A DNA stretch of 64,000 nucleotides from Chlorobiota bacterium. GTDB taxonomy: Bacteria; Bacteroidota; Ignavibacteria; OLB7. The stretch spans positions 3,086,955 to 3,150,954 of the forward strand of contig JADJXR010000001.1 in assembly GCA_016710285.1 (NCBI GenBank). Direction: 5' to 3'. Positions 9,792 to 19,458 of this stretch are shown in pieces; the stretch's first letter is position 1, and every line of letters starts with the position of its first letter. The position numbers were made by a program, and so were the translations under genes. The notes beneath the pieces are model-generated. The model made no database searches. It was not told where the DNA came from and was given only the letters and a program-made list of their open reading frames with translations.

Positions 9792-9856
9792 GTTTCTGCG
9801 TTGGTTGAGTTAGTGTTGCTGTATTTGTTCTGAAAGAATTGTCTGCGTCGTTCGGA

Positions 9857-11197
9857 TTACCGTTTCCGCCCCATCAGCCCTTTTGCGGCCATTCCTGCCA
9901 TTTTCCCCATTCCGCCGCCGCTAAGTTGGCGCATCATCTTCCGCATTTCGTCGAACTGCTTCAGCAGGTTGTTCACATCTTGGATTGTTGTCCCGCTTCC
10001 GCTGGCAATCCGTTTCCGCCGGCTGGCGTTGATGATCTCCGGCTTGTTCCGCTCTTCTTTTGTCATCGAGGTAATCATCGCTTCCAGCCGCCCCATTGCT
10101 TTGTCGTCCACTTGGACCCCCTTCATTGCCCGGTCCATTCCGGGAAGCATCCCCAGCAGGTCGCGGATGGATCCCATTTTTTTGATCTGCTGAAGCTGCT
10201 GGTAGAAGTCCTCCAGCGTGAACTGGTTCTTGCGGAATTTCTCTTCTAATTTCCGGGCTTCGGCTTCATCGTACTGCTGCTGGGCTTTTTCCACCAGCGA
10301 GACCACGTCGCCCATTCCCAAAATTCGGGAGGCCATGCGGTCCGGGTAGAACTGCTCCAGCGCGTCCATTTTTTCGCCAACGCCGATGAACTTGATCGGT
10401 TTCTCCACCACCGAGCGGATGGAGAGCGCGGCGCCGCCGCGGGTGTCGCCATCAAGTTTGGTAAGGATAACGCCGTCGAAGTTCAGCCGCTCGTTAAAGG
10501 CTTTGGCGGTCGTGACGGCATCTTGGCCGATCATGGCATCCACCACGAACAGAATTTCGTTCGGGCGGGTGCGGTCCTTGATTTTGGCCACCTCTTCCAT
10601 CATCGCCTCATCAATCGTCAAGCGTCCGGCGGTATCAATGATGATGATATCCTTCCCCAATCGCTTGGCTTCCACAACGGCGCGTTCGGCAATCGTTACC
10701 GGGTTTTCCCCTTCCAGATTGAAGACCGGAACCCCGATTTGTTCCCCTAACGTCTTCAGCTGGTCAATGGCGGCGGGGCGGTAGGTGTCGGCAGCAACCA
10801 GCATCGGTTGGCGGCCTTTCCCCTTGAAGTAGCTGGCTAATTTGGCCGAATGGGTTGTTTTGCCGGAGCCTTGCAGTCCGCACATCATAATGATGGTGGG
10901 ACCCGCCGGTGCCATTTTGATCTCGGCAAGGTTGTTCCCCATCAGCTCCACCAACTCATCGTAGATGATCTTGACGATCATCTGCCCGGGCGTTACCGAG
11001 GCCACAACGTTCCGGCCAAGTGCCTTTTTCTGAACGTCGTCAACGAACTTCTTGGTTACTTGGAAGTTGACGTCGGCATCAAGCAGTGCGCGGCGGACTT
11101 CGCGCAGTGCTTCGGAGATATTCTCTTCGGTTAGCCGCGCTTCGCCGCTAATCCGGCGGATTGCTGCGTCAAGTTTGGCACTAAGGTTCTCAAACAT
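9857..11197 (-). CDS. ffh: Signal recognition particle protein Ffh.
   Basis: SRP54 N, GTPase and M domains (GLQGSGKTT, DTAGR, Met-rich C-terminus GMGKMAGMAAKGLMG). Confidence 0.9.
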   Translation of the reverse strand: MFENLSAKLDAAIRRISGEARLTEENISEALREVRRALLDADVNFQVTKKFVDDVQKKALGRNVVASVTPGQMIVKIIYDELVELMGNNLAEIKMAPAGPTIIMMCGLQGSGKTTHSAKLASYFKGKGRQPMLVAADTYRPAAIDQLKTLGEQIGVPVFNLEGENPVTIAERAVVEAKRLGKDIIIIDTAGRLTIDEAMMEEVAKIKDRTRPNEILFVVDAMIGQDAVTTAKAFNERLNFDGVILTKLDGDTRGGAALSIRSVVEKPIKFIGVGEKMDALEQFYPDRMASRILGMGDVVSLVEKAQQQYDEAEARKLEEKFRKNQFTLEDFYQQLQQIKKMGSIRDLLGMLPGMDRAMKGVQVDDKAMGRLEAMITSMTKEERNKPEIINASRRKRIASGSGTTIQDVNNLLKQFDEMRKMMRQLSGGGMGKMAGMAAKGLMGRKR

Positions 11198-11497
11198 TCG
11201 GTACTTCGCTCTTCGGCTCTATCGGGTCGGCGGCCAACGGCGGTTGGCTGCGTCAAGTGCAGTGTTCAATAATTCTTTTACCCCTTTTGAGGCAAAGGAC
11301 TACAAAAATAGTCCGGCAGGGTGCGGTGGCAAAACGAAAGTTGGGGGGGAAGCCGTGGGGGGAACAACCTGAAACATCGGGGGGATAAAGGCTTGGAGCG
11401 TTGCTCCCCGTTCTGTACGTTTGTTGCCACTTGCAATGTGGGCCGTGCGTACGGCCAGCGGTTCATCAATGCCTAACCCTTGTGGAGGAGAGAAACG

Positions 11498-12109
11498 ATG
11501 AGAAAAAACGGACGGTTCTTGGTGATTGGTTTGCTTCTGCTTTGTGCTTCCGTTAGCAACGCAGCAACGGGATTGCCACCGCTGATGGTCCCGGGTCCCC
11601 AGGGCCAAGCAGGAAGCACCATTGTGCAAGCCTTTATCCTCTACCTTGATAAAAACGGGGATGGGACCTACGACTACATGATGATTGCCACCTGCAATGG
11701 CCGCGTTGCGGGGTATGATTGGAGTTCCAGCAGTGGCCAAGAACTTCAAGATCACGAATGGAGGATTCCTGCCGGAGGGGCATTCAAAGCTGAGCTAACC
11801 TCGCAAGTCTGTGGGGCGAGCATCTATTCATGGACCCTCTCGTTTGTTGATGGCGCAGCGAACAAGGTCGCCTGCACAATCTCTGGCGATTGCACCGGCC
11901 AAATCTCTGGCACCTGCGAATTGCTGCCTCCAACTAAGAACGAGGAGAGCAATATCTGGGAGAAGATTTCCGGCTCCGCCACCACCAAGCAGGCAACTAC
12001 CCCGTGGCATCAGGACGCAACAGCCATGCCGGAATCGCCTAACACTTCATCAGATAGCCAAGCAGGTGCTGCAACGGAGCCGCCTGCTGCAAAGCCGAAT
12101 GTTGAGTGA
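11498..12109 (+). CDS. Hypothetical secreted Cys-containing protein.
   Basis: RBS ggaggag upstream. Signal peptide MRKNGRFLVIGLLLLCASVSNA. Several Cys residues (CTISGDCTGQISGTC). No family recognised. Confidence 0.35.
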   Translation: MRKNGRFLVIGLLLLCASVSNAATGLPPLMVPGPQGQAGSTIVQAFILYLDKNGDGTYDYMMIATCNGRVAGYDWSSSSGQELQDHEWRIPAGGAFKAELTSQVCGASIYSWTLSFVDGAANKVACTISGDCTGQISGTCELLPPTKNEESNIWEKISGSATTKQATTPWHQDATAMPESPNTSSDSQAGAATEPPAAKPNVE

Positions 12110-12215
12110 GGCAGGATGCCCAAGCATGAATGCTTGAAGCGGCAATACCACAGCAAGGTATTGCCGCTTTCTGTTGTGGACCCACCACAGAATTGGGGAG
12201 AGGAGAGGGTGACTC

Positions 12216-13814
12216 TTAGACCCCGCAGATGCTGACCCGCAGCCCAAGCGCCTCCATCGCGGCGGCTTTGGCGAACATTGCGGTGCGTGCGGCGGCGCGG
12301 CTTGGCGCGTAGGCAACTTGGATATGGTTCGATTTGTGGCGAGCCATCATCTGGTCGCGGCTTACTCCTTGGATCACCGCGTGCATGATTGGCCATTGGC
12401 TGGTGGTAAGCCGCCAACGCTCCTCGGTCTCCGCCGCCGGAAGCGCGACCACGTTGGCCAACCCCGTGTCGAAATTCAGCCGCCCGTTGGCAACAAACAC
12501 ACGGCTCCACACCACCCACCCGGGCTTGCTAATCCCCTTAACGGATCCGCCACCAAGATGGAAATACATCGGCGGCTGGCGTTCGCTGGTGGCCCCGGCG
12601 TATCCGTCAATAAAATGTGCCGGCGGGGCCGCGCCGCTGATCTCCAACACCCACACAAAATCGTTCACCCCGCCCCCCTTGTAATGCCGGCCCCAGCGAA
12701 GGTCGTGCAGCGTGGTCTCGGGGGGGAAACCAAGCTGCCGCCACAGTCGGTAGGTGACAAGCGCGTCCAACCCCGCGCACTCATCCACTTCGTTGAAATG
12801 CACCACGGCCTCGCCCGGGAACAGCTCCTGGGTAGTGCCTTCGCGATAGACCGGCGGGCGGTGGCTGTTGTTCAGGATTCCTTCGGCCAGATCGCTTGCG
12901 GGGGTAAGGTCCTTCAGCCCTTGCTGGTATTGGATGCCGATGGTGTCGCAGCCGAAATCATCGGCAATCCGCACCGCAGCGATGTACATCTTGCACTGCT
13001 CCAGAATCTGCCGCTCGGTCAGCTGGGTGGCTTCGTCGGTCCCAAGCTGGAAGGTCATCCCTTCGGCACGCAGCCATTCGTACACGCTGCGGGCCTCGGC
13101 CTCGGTAACGGTCAGCATTCGGGCATAGAGGGTGGATTGGCTTAGGCGTTCTTTGAAAACCCCGGTGGGGTGAAGCAGTTCGTCGGGGATGATGGCGTTG
13201 TACATCCCCATGCACCCTTCATCAAAAATCCCCATGATCGCTTTCCGCTTCCGAAGCTCGGCGGCAAACTTCTGCCCAACCCGCACCGCACGCCCCGGCG
13301 CTTCGGCGGGGTCGAATCGCCGAACGTGCGAGGTGTCGTGCTGTACCTTCCCTTTGCGAAGCCATTGGCGCAGGCCTTTCACAAAAAAATCATCGGTGAA
13401 GTGCTCGCTCCACAAAGTGCTGTAACGGATCCCGGCCTTCGTCAGCGAGGCGTTCAAGTTGAGCAGCCCCACCAAGCCTGGCCACATCCCGCTCCAGTTG
13501 GCAACCGTCAGGATTGGCCCCTTGTGGGTGAACAACCCAGCAAGGACGTGGTGGCTGTACTGCCACACCGCTATGGCAAGAATCAGCGGGGCATCGTTGG
13601 GGATGGATTGGAAGACCTTGATCCCATATCGCTGGCTGTCAATAAATCCATGCCCTTTTTCTGGATCAATCGGGTGGGCACGTTGCACGCGGTGGCCTTC
13701 CCGCTCCACAACGGCAATGATCTTCTGCTCCATTTCCGCTTGGGCAGCTTGGCAATTCTGGTTTGCGGCAAGCCGAAGATCGCCGCTGGCAACAAGGTAG
13801 ATGGTGGATGGCAT
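12216..13814 (-). CDS. L-fucose isomerase family (FucI/AraA-like) sugar isomerase.
   Basis: 532 aa. N-terminal TVANWSGMWPGLVGLLNLNASL and C-terminal WVLEISG...HFIDGYAGATS blocks resemble the FucI-like isomerase fold. The assignment is at family level only. Confidence 0.45.
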   Translation of the reverse strand: MPSTIYLVASGDLRLAANQNCQAAQAEMEQKIIAVVEREGHRVQRAHPIDPEKGHGFIDSQRYGIKVFQSIPNDAPLILAIAVWQYSHHVLAGLFTHKGPILTVANWSGMWPGLVGLLNLNASLTKAGIRYSTLWSEHFTDDFFVKGLRQWLRKGKVQHDTSHVRRFDPAEAPGRAVRVGQKFAAELRKRKAIMGIFDEGCMGMYNAIIPDELLHPTGVFKERLSQSTLYARMLTVTEAEARSVYEWLRAEGMTFQLGTDEATQLTERQILEQCKMYIAAVRIADDFGCDTIGIQYQQGLKDLTPASDLAEGILNNSHRPPVYREGTTQELFPGEAVVHFNEVDECAGLDALVTYRLWRQLGFPPETTLHDLRWGRHYKGGGVNDFVWVLEISGAAPPAHFIDGYAGATSERQPPMYFHLGGGSVKGISKPGWVVWSRVFVANGRLNFDTGLANVVALPAAETEERWRLTTSQWPIMHAVIQGVSRDQMMARHKSNHIQVAYAPSRAAARTAMFAKAAAMEALGLRVSICGV

Positions 13815-13904
13815 AGCTGAAGACGGATATTAGTAGTTGTTCACCCGCGTCGGGGATGGATTGGTCGCGATGTTCGGAGCGTTGGGATGCGCCCGCCGGG
13901 TCCG

Positions 13905-14435
13905 TTATTTGGGGACGGAAATCACCACAAACTGCCATGTGGCTGCCGGGCCGTTCCGCGCCAGCACCGCAAGCAGTTGCAGCGTGGTGTTGGGAATCGC
14001 GAAGGTGTAGGTTGCCTGGGCAACGTGCGGTCCGCTGAAGGTTATCACGAAGTTGCTTAACGTTGCTCCGTAAAAATCTCCATGCTTCTTCTTGCCGCTT
14101 CCTGCCGAACGTTTCCATTCGGCATCGAACTCCTTGGCCGTGGCAAACAGCCCATGCTTCGCCGGGCGTTCGCTTTCGGCATCGGGGATTTCCATCACCA
14201 CGCAGGGGAAGCTAAGAAGCCGTTTCACCTGCTGGGGGTTCATCTCCCCAAACGCTTTCCAAAACCCCTCAACCGCCCCGCGAACCCCTGCGGTGTCGGC
14301 AGCTGTTGGCTGGGCCGCTGCCGTGCCAAACAAAAGGGAGCAAAGAAGCGCAAGGAATCCAACACGCCGGCCAATGCGGGTCGCCGTTCGCGTTGGTATT
14401 CGCCCGGGCGTTTGCTCCGGCGGGCGGGTTGGCAT
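13905..14435 (-). CDS. Hypothetical secreted protein (NTF2/SnoaL-like size and pattern).
   Basis: Signal-like RIGRRVGFLALLCSLLFGTAAAQ. No catalytic motif recognised. Confidence 0.3.
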   Translation of the reverse strand: MPTRPPEQTPGRIPTRTATRIGRRVGFLALLCSLLFGTAAAQPTAADTAGVRGAVEGFWKAFGEMNPQQVKRLLSFPCVVMEIPDAESERPAKHGLFATAKEFDAEWKRSAGSGKKKHGDFYGATLSNFVITFSGPHVAQATYTFAIPNTTLQLLAVLARNGPAATWQFVVISVPK

Positions 14436-14585
14436 CGGAAGAACAATGGAGTTCGCGGTTCGATTCCGGCAAGGCATGATGGACCTCACGTCGGCTGTTG
14501 ATGGATAACGATGGACGAAACGGACGCCCGGAAAAATACAGCTACGGCTTGATTGAATCGTCAGGAAAGATCAGCCGCAACGCTG

Positions 14586-16298
14586 CTACTCCGTAATCAC
14601 CAGGTTCACCTCGTTCACGGTCCATCGCGGGCGGACGCGGACGGTCCCGCTGAACTCTGTCCACGGCTCGGGACCGGTCCACGGGGCAATCTCTCCCTGG
14701 TCGTACTTGCCATTTCCGTTTGCGTCGCGGAAGGCGGCCACGCGGTACTCACCTTCGGGAAGTCCTTTCATCTCCCACGCCCCGGCCCTCACTCCGCGCA
14801 GTTGCCACACCACTCCGGTCGCAACAGAAGTCACCAAAATGTTGTGCGTGCTGGTTGGCGCGGCGGTGTCGGTCAAGTTCCCCTGCATGGTCCCGCGCAG
14901 CCGCGCCGGCACAAGCCGAACGGGGAAGCGGAGGGTGGTGTCGGTGCGGTTCCCGGAAAGGTCGCTGATCCGTCCAAGCTGCAACTGCAACATTGCGCGG
15001 CCAACGCCAGCAAGGGTGTCAATCGGGAAGGCGTGAAGCTCCACCGGGGAAACCTGCACCACGCGGAACCGTGCCACCTTTCCGGCGGTGTCGCGAAGCG
15101 TGGCAAGCTCGTCCGGTTGCGCCACCGTTACCGCTTTGCTCCAACGAAGGCGAATCGAATCGCTGACGGCATAGCTGCGCGTGGTGTCCACATCCAACGG
15201 AAGGAGCGTGGGGGGAAGCGTGTCGGGAAGGGCCGTTACGGCGAAGCGTTGCAAGCCACTGCTGTCGGGCAGTTGATTCCCTGCGGTGTCGGCAAGGTTC
15301 CGAACCGCCAGCGTCGCGCCGGTGTCAGGCGGAAGCGGGGCGTGATGGAGTTGAACAATCAAACGGCTTTCGGCGGTTTGCCAAACGCTGCCGGGGCTGA
15401 TTCCAACCCCACCCCCTGCGGTGATGGTGAAGTTCTTTGGCCGCAGCGTTGCCGTGTCAATCGGCTCGCTGAACCGAAGCTCGGTGCGGGTGTTGGCGAT
15501 TGAGCGAACGGAGTAAAGATTGGGGGGCTTCTGGTCCAGCGGTGCGGGGCGCAACCGTGCGTGAAATCCCGTCACCGGCTGGGTGTAGTTTTGGGGGATC
15601 GTGGCCTGGCGATCAAACACCCCAAACGCGTCGTTCCCGAAGTCCAACAACTGGTCGCCGAACTCATCGGCAACGGCAAGCAGCCGGAAGGTTCCGGCGG
15701 GAAGCCCTTCCAGCGAGAAAAGCCCGTCGTCGCTGATGGGGGCAACAAAATCGGGACGGACGGAGTCGGGGCGAAGGGTGTCAAGGAACCGTGAGTTCCC
15801 CGGGGGAACAAGCCACGCAAACACCACCGCCCGCCGTTTGGCAACGCCGGCAACGGTCCCGCGAATCGTCCCGCTGTCAAGGTTCGGTCCGGTGGCAAAC
15901 CGAAGCGTGCGCCCGCGGCCAAGCCGGTTGTTCGACAAGTCGGTCAGCCCTGCGCCAAAGGTCACGGCGTAGGTGCGGTTCGGCAGCAGCGGCTGGCGGA
16001 AGGTGATCTCTAGCTCGCGCCCGCTCCAGTCAAATTCCGGCGGCGTTGCGGGGATTGGCGTTATCACCACGTTTTGGGCCGCTGCACCTTCGTTGAGATA
16101 CTCGCTGAACTCCACCGTCACGCTCTCCCCAGCAAAATTGATCGTCCCATCGGTGGGGTTGGTGCCGATAATCTCCGGAGCGGTTGTGTCGGGGGGGCCG
16201 CCACGCGGGGCCGCGCCCTGGCCGCTGGCGCAACCGCCAATCACCGCAGCAAGGGAAAGCAGAAGCAAAAAATGGAATGGCATCAATGATGTCATCAA
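14586..16298 (-). CDS. Lipoprotein with repeated bacterial Ig-like domains.
   Basis: Lipoprotein signal MMTSLMPFHFLLLLSLAAVIGGCAS. Repeated ~90-aa segments have Ig-like features (TNPTDGT..., ITAGGGVGISPGS...). Confidence 0.4.
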   Translation of the reverse strand: MMTSLMPFHFLLLLSLAAVIGGCASGQGAAPRGGPPDTTAPEIIGTNPTDGTINFAGESVTVEFSEYLNEGAAAQNVVITPIPATPPEFDWSGRELEITFRQPLLPNRTYAVTFGAGLTDLSNNRLGRGRTLRFATGPNLDSGTIRGTVAGVAKRRAVVFAWLVPPGNSRFLDTLRPDSVRPDFVAPISDDGLFSLEGLPAGTFRLLAVADEFGDQLLDFGNDAFGVFDRQATIPQNYTQPVTGFHARLRPAPLDQKPPNLYSVRSIANTRTELRFSEPIDTATLRPKNFTITAGGGVGISPGSVWQTAESRLIVQLHHAPLPPDTGATLAVRNLADTAGNQLPDSSGLQRFAVTALPDTLPPTLLPLDVDTTRSYAVSDSIRLRWSKAVTVAQPDELATLRDTAGKVARFRVVQVSPVELHAFPIDTLAGVGRAMLQLQLGRISDLSGNRTDTTLRFPVRLVPARLRGTMQGNLTDTAAPTSTHNILVTSVATGVVWQLRGVRAGAWEMKGLPEGEYRVAAFRDANGNGKYDQGEIAPWTGPEPWTEFSGTVRVRPRWTVNEVNLVITE

Positions 16299-16433
16299 TG
16301 CAAAATGGAGTTGATGATGTGTGCAGAAGCTGTTGCTGGCGTGGGGGAAGGGAAGGGGGCGTTCCCTCCGTTTCCTTCCCGAGATTTTTCTCTCATTTCT
16401 TCTCTCGTTACTTCTCCTCTCATGCCCCCCCTC

Positions 16434-18152
16434 TCAGTCTGGCCCCTTTGCCAGCCCGTACCCTCGGGTATCGCTCCAGCCAATAAACAACGGTTTCGCC
16501 AAGCTATCCGTTTCAATCCGCACGGCATCCACCCTGCCCGATACCGTTGGCCGCTCCACCAGCCGATGCCCCATTGCCCGCAGCGAGTCGGCAGCCCCGG
16601 CGGTGAACGCGCCACGCTCGTGGAACAGGGTGTCGGGAAGCCATTGGTGATGGATGCGCGGGGCGTTGCCGGCAGCAGCAAGGTCCATTCCGTAATCAAT
16701 TTGGGAATGGATCATCTGCAGTACGGTGGTGATGATGGTGCTTCCGCCGGGCGTTCCCACCACCATCCAGGGCTTGCCGTCGCGCAGCACAATCGTTGGG
16801 GTCATGGAACTCAGCATCCGTTTGCCAGGTTGGATTGCGTTCGCGCTGCGGCCAATCAACCCAAATTGGTTCGGTGTGTTCGGGCGGGCGCTGAAGTCGT
16901 CCATCTCATTGTTCAAAAAAAATCCCGCGCCCCCCACCACCAACTTGCTCCCGAACGCGCTGTTCAGCGTGGTGGTGACGCTGACGCAATTCCCGTGGCG
17001 GTCCACAACGGAGTAGTGGGTGGTTTGCTGGCTTTCGCGTTGGAATGCCTTGGGGTCCCCGTGGCCAACGGCACTGCTTGGCGTTGCGCGTGGGGTGATG
17101 TTGGCGGCGCGTGCGGCGGCATATTCCTGGCTGGTTAGTCCGGCAACCGGTATCTCAACAAAATCTGGGTCGCCTAAAAATTCGGCGCGGTCGGCGTAGG
17201 CGCGGCGCATCACCTCGGCCAGGAAATGAGCGTGCGGGGCGGAGTGGAAGGGGAGCTGGCGGAAGTCTTGCGGCTCCATCATTTTCAACATCTGCACCAG
17301 CAGGACCCCGCCGCTGGAGGGTGGGGGCATGGTGATGATTTCATAGCCCCGATACGTGGCGCGCAGTGGGGTTCGCTCGGTTGCCGAATAATCGGCAAGG
17401 TCCGCAGCGGTGATGATCCCGCCGGAACGTTGCATCTGCTCCACAATCAGCCGTGCGGTTTGGCCGCCGTAGAAGCCTTGTTTCCCCAAGTCGGCAATCC
17501 GCCGAAGCGTTGCGGCAAGCTCCGGCTGGCGGAAGGTCAGCCCCGCCGCCAACGTGGAATCCCCGGGCAAAAAGATGGCGCGGGTTGAGGGGAATTGCAG
17601 GAACGGATCCCGCTTTTCAGCAAGGTCATCATGCAGCCGTGGATGAATCGTGAACCCGGAATCAGCAAGGGCAATGGCTGGCTGAAGGACCTCTGGAAGC
17701 GGCTTGCTGCCGTAGCGTTCCAGCGCAAGAAGCAGCCCCGCCGGGGACCCGGGAACGCCCGCAGCAAGCGCGCCAAGCTGTGCCCGTTCGGGAAGGAAAT
17801 TGCCGCTGGAATCAAGGAACATATCGCGGGTTGCCGCCGCCGGGGCGCGTTCGCGGAAGTCAATGGTGGTGGTGCGTCCGTCGCTCATGCGGATCACCAT
17901 GAACCCGCCGCCTCCCAAGTTCCCCGCCTGCGGGTAGGTGACGGCCAGCGCAAATCCCACAGCCACCGCAGCATCCACCGCGTTCCCGCCGTTCCGCAGG
18001 ACCCGCAACCCTGCTTCTGTTGCTTCCGGCGTGGCCGCGCTGACCATTCCCGTGGCCGAGCGTGCTTCGCCAGGAGCATCATGCGCCGGCTGGTTTCCCT
18101 GAATTACGCAAGCAATCAGCAGCAGAGGTAGAAGAAGGAGGGAAGAGCGCAT
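16434..18152 (-). CDS. ggt: Gamma-glutamyltranspeptidase.
   Basis: Signal peptide. GGT motifs TTHYSVVDRHGNCVSVTTTLN and GGAGFFLNNEMDDF. Catalytic Thr context GSTIITTVLQ. Confidence 0.85.
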   Translation of the reverse strand: MRSSLLLLPLLLIACVIQGNQPAHDAPGEARSATGMVSAATPEATEAGLRVLRNGGNAVDAAVAVGFALAVTYPQAGNLGGGGFMVIRMSDGRTTTIDFRERAPAAATRDMFLDSSGNFLPERAQLGALAAGVPGSPAGLLLALERYGSKPLPEVLQPAIALADSGFTIHPRLHDDLAEKRDPFLQFPSTRAIFLPGDSTLAAGLTFRQPELAATLRRIADLGKQGFYGGQTARLIVEQMQRSGGIITAADLADYSATERTPLRATYRGYEIITMPPPSSGGVLLVQMLKMMEPQDFRQLPFHSAPHAHFLAEVMRRAYADRAEFLGDPDFVEIPVAGLTSQEYAAARAANITPRATPSSAVGHGDPKAFQRESQQTTHYSVVDRHGNCVSVTTTLNSAFGSKLVVGGAGFFLNNEMDDFSARPNTPNQFGLIGRSANAIQPGKRMLSSMTPTIVLRDGKPWMVVGTPGGSTIITTVLQMIHSQIDYGMDLAAAGNAPRIHHQWLPDTLFHERGAFTAGAADSLRAMGHRLVERPTVSGRVDAVRIETDSLAKPLFIGWSDTRGYGLAKGPD

Positions 18153-18195
18153 TTGATTATTCCATAAACGTGTGATTCCAAGCCCATAGGCAACA

Positions 18196-18556
18196 CCTGT
18201 GTCGGGGCCGCTACCCTTCGGCTGGGCCCCGACAAAGATCGGGGCCGCTACCCCGACTTTGTCGGGACAACCACCGCAAAGGGTAGCCGAAGGTCTTTAG
18301 CCTTCGGCGTCATCTTCGGCCTTCGATCCTCGGCCCCGACAAAGGTCGGGGCCGCTACCCTTCGGCTGGGCCCCGACAAAGATCGGGGCCGCTACCCCGA
18401 CTTTGTCGGGACAACCACTGCAAAGGGTAGCCGAAGGTCTTTAGCCTTCGGCGTCATCTTCGGCCTTCGATCCTGGGCAGGCTAAAGACCTGTTATCAAT
18501 CCCGACGGATGTCGGGGCCGCTACCCCGACGGATGTCGGGGCCGCTACCCTTTGGC
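18196..18556. repeat. REP/MITE-like palindromic intergenic repeat cluster (locus A). It holds two tandem copies of a ~143-bp unit plus extra hairpin modules.
   Basis: Modules gtcggggccgctaccc, gccccgacaaagatcggggc (hairpin) and ggtagccgaaggtctttagccttcggcgtcatc (hairpin ccgaagg/ccttcgg). Unit 18196-18330 is repeated at 18331-18473. Confidence 0.6.
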
Positions 18557-18557
18557 G

Positions 18558-19319
18558 TTATCCAACCACAATTTTCCGCACCCGTTGTTGAAGGTTCAGG
18601 CCGTCGTTGTCGCCCCAGGCGGTTTCGTAGTTGTTGGTGAATCCTAGCTGGCCGTATCCCCGCACTTCTGCAATCTGCGCTTCCTCATCAAGGTCGTCGA
18701 ATCCGTCAACGGTTTGGGTGAATCCCGGGTGCTCGTCGTACTTGGCGGGGTTCACCACTGCGAAGACTTGCGGCGGATCCAGCGGTATCGGTTGGTCCCC
18801 GCGATTGGGCCAGGCATCGTCCGGCTGCACAACCACTTCGCCATTGCGGAACATCGCTTTGCCAGTAAGGATAAACCGCCCTTCATCCTCCACATGGAAC
18901 TCCGCTTCGGGGGCAAGGGTGCTGCATTTCAGCAGGAACTCGCACAGCAAGTAGGCGTTGAATTCGTTGTCGGCAACGTGGGTGATTCCGCTGGCAACCG
19001 AGCTGTCGCGAACGCCCCCCCAACGGACGGTGAACAGCCCTTCCAACTCCATCGCCCGAACCGCCGCAAGCTCATCTTGAAGCTCAATTTTCTTTGCCAG
19101 CAATCGCTTGCGGAAGTGGTAGCGTGCGGTGTGGTAGGGCATGTCGGGGATGTGGTCGTAGTTGGGGAACAGGATGTACCGCTTCAGCCCAATGCGGTCG
19201 CAACTCCAGATGAATTCGGAGTTGTACCAGTGCTGCAACCTGGCGATCTCCTTCCAAATGCTGTCCGGCAGTGGGGTGGTTCCGGTGTCGGGGACGTAGT
19301 AACGGAGTGCGCGTGGCAT
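18558..19319 (-). CDS. Hypothetical protein.
   Basis: ORF with the likely start MPRALRYYVPD. No family recognised. Confidence 0.3.
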   Translation of the reverse strand: MPRALRYYVPDTGTTPLPDSIWKEIARLQHWYNSEFIWSCDRIGLKRYILFPNYDHIPDMPYHTARYHFRKRLLAKKIELQDELAAVRAMELEGLFTVRWGGVRDSSVASGITHVADNEFNAYLLCEFLLKCSTLAPEAEFHVEDEGRFILTGKAMFRNGEVVVQPDDAWPNRGDQPIPLDPPQVFAVVNPAKYDEHPGFTQTVDGFDDLDEEAQIAEVRGYGQLGFTNNYETAWGDNDGLNLQQRVRKIVVG

Positions 19320-19458
19320 GATGGTTGGTTGATAAGCAAAAAATGCGCAGCGGAGGAGAGCGGAGGGCCGCTGCAATGAAAGAAATCTGGTGCAAAGAAA
19401 TCTGGTGCGCGGCATGGTGTCCCGTTGCCACGCACCAGATGCGGTCTGCCGTCCGGTG

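Noticed and set aside
12318-13145. 275-aa plus-strand ORF, and 13170-13820.
   Set aside because: They are antisense to the FucI-like isomerase gene.
16305-17138. 277-aa plus-strand ORF.
   Set aside because: It is antisense to ggt.
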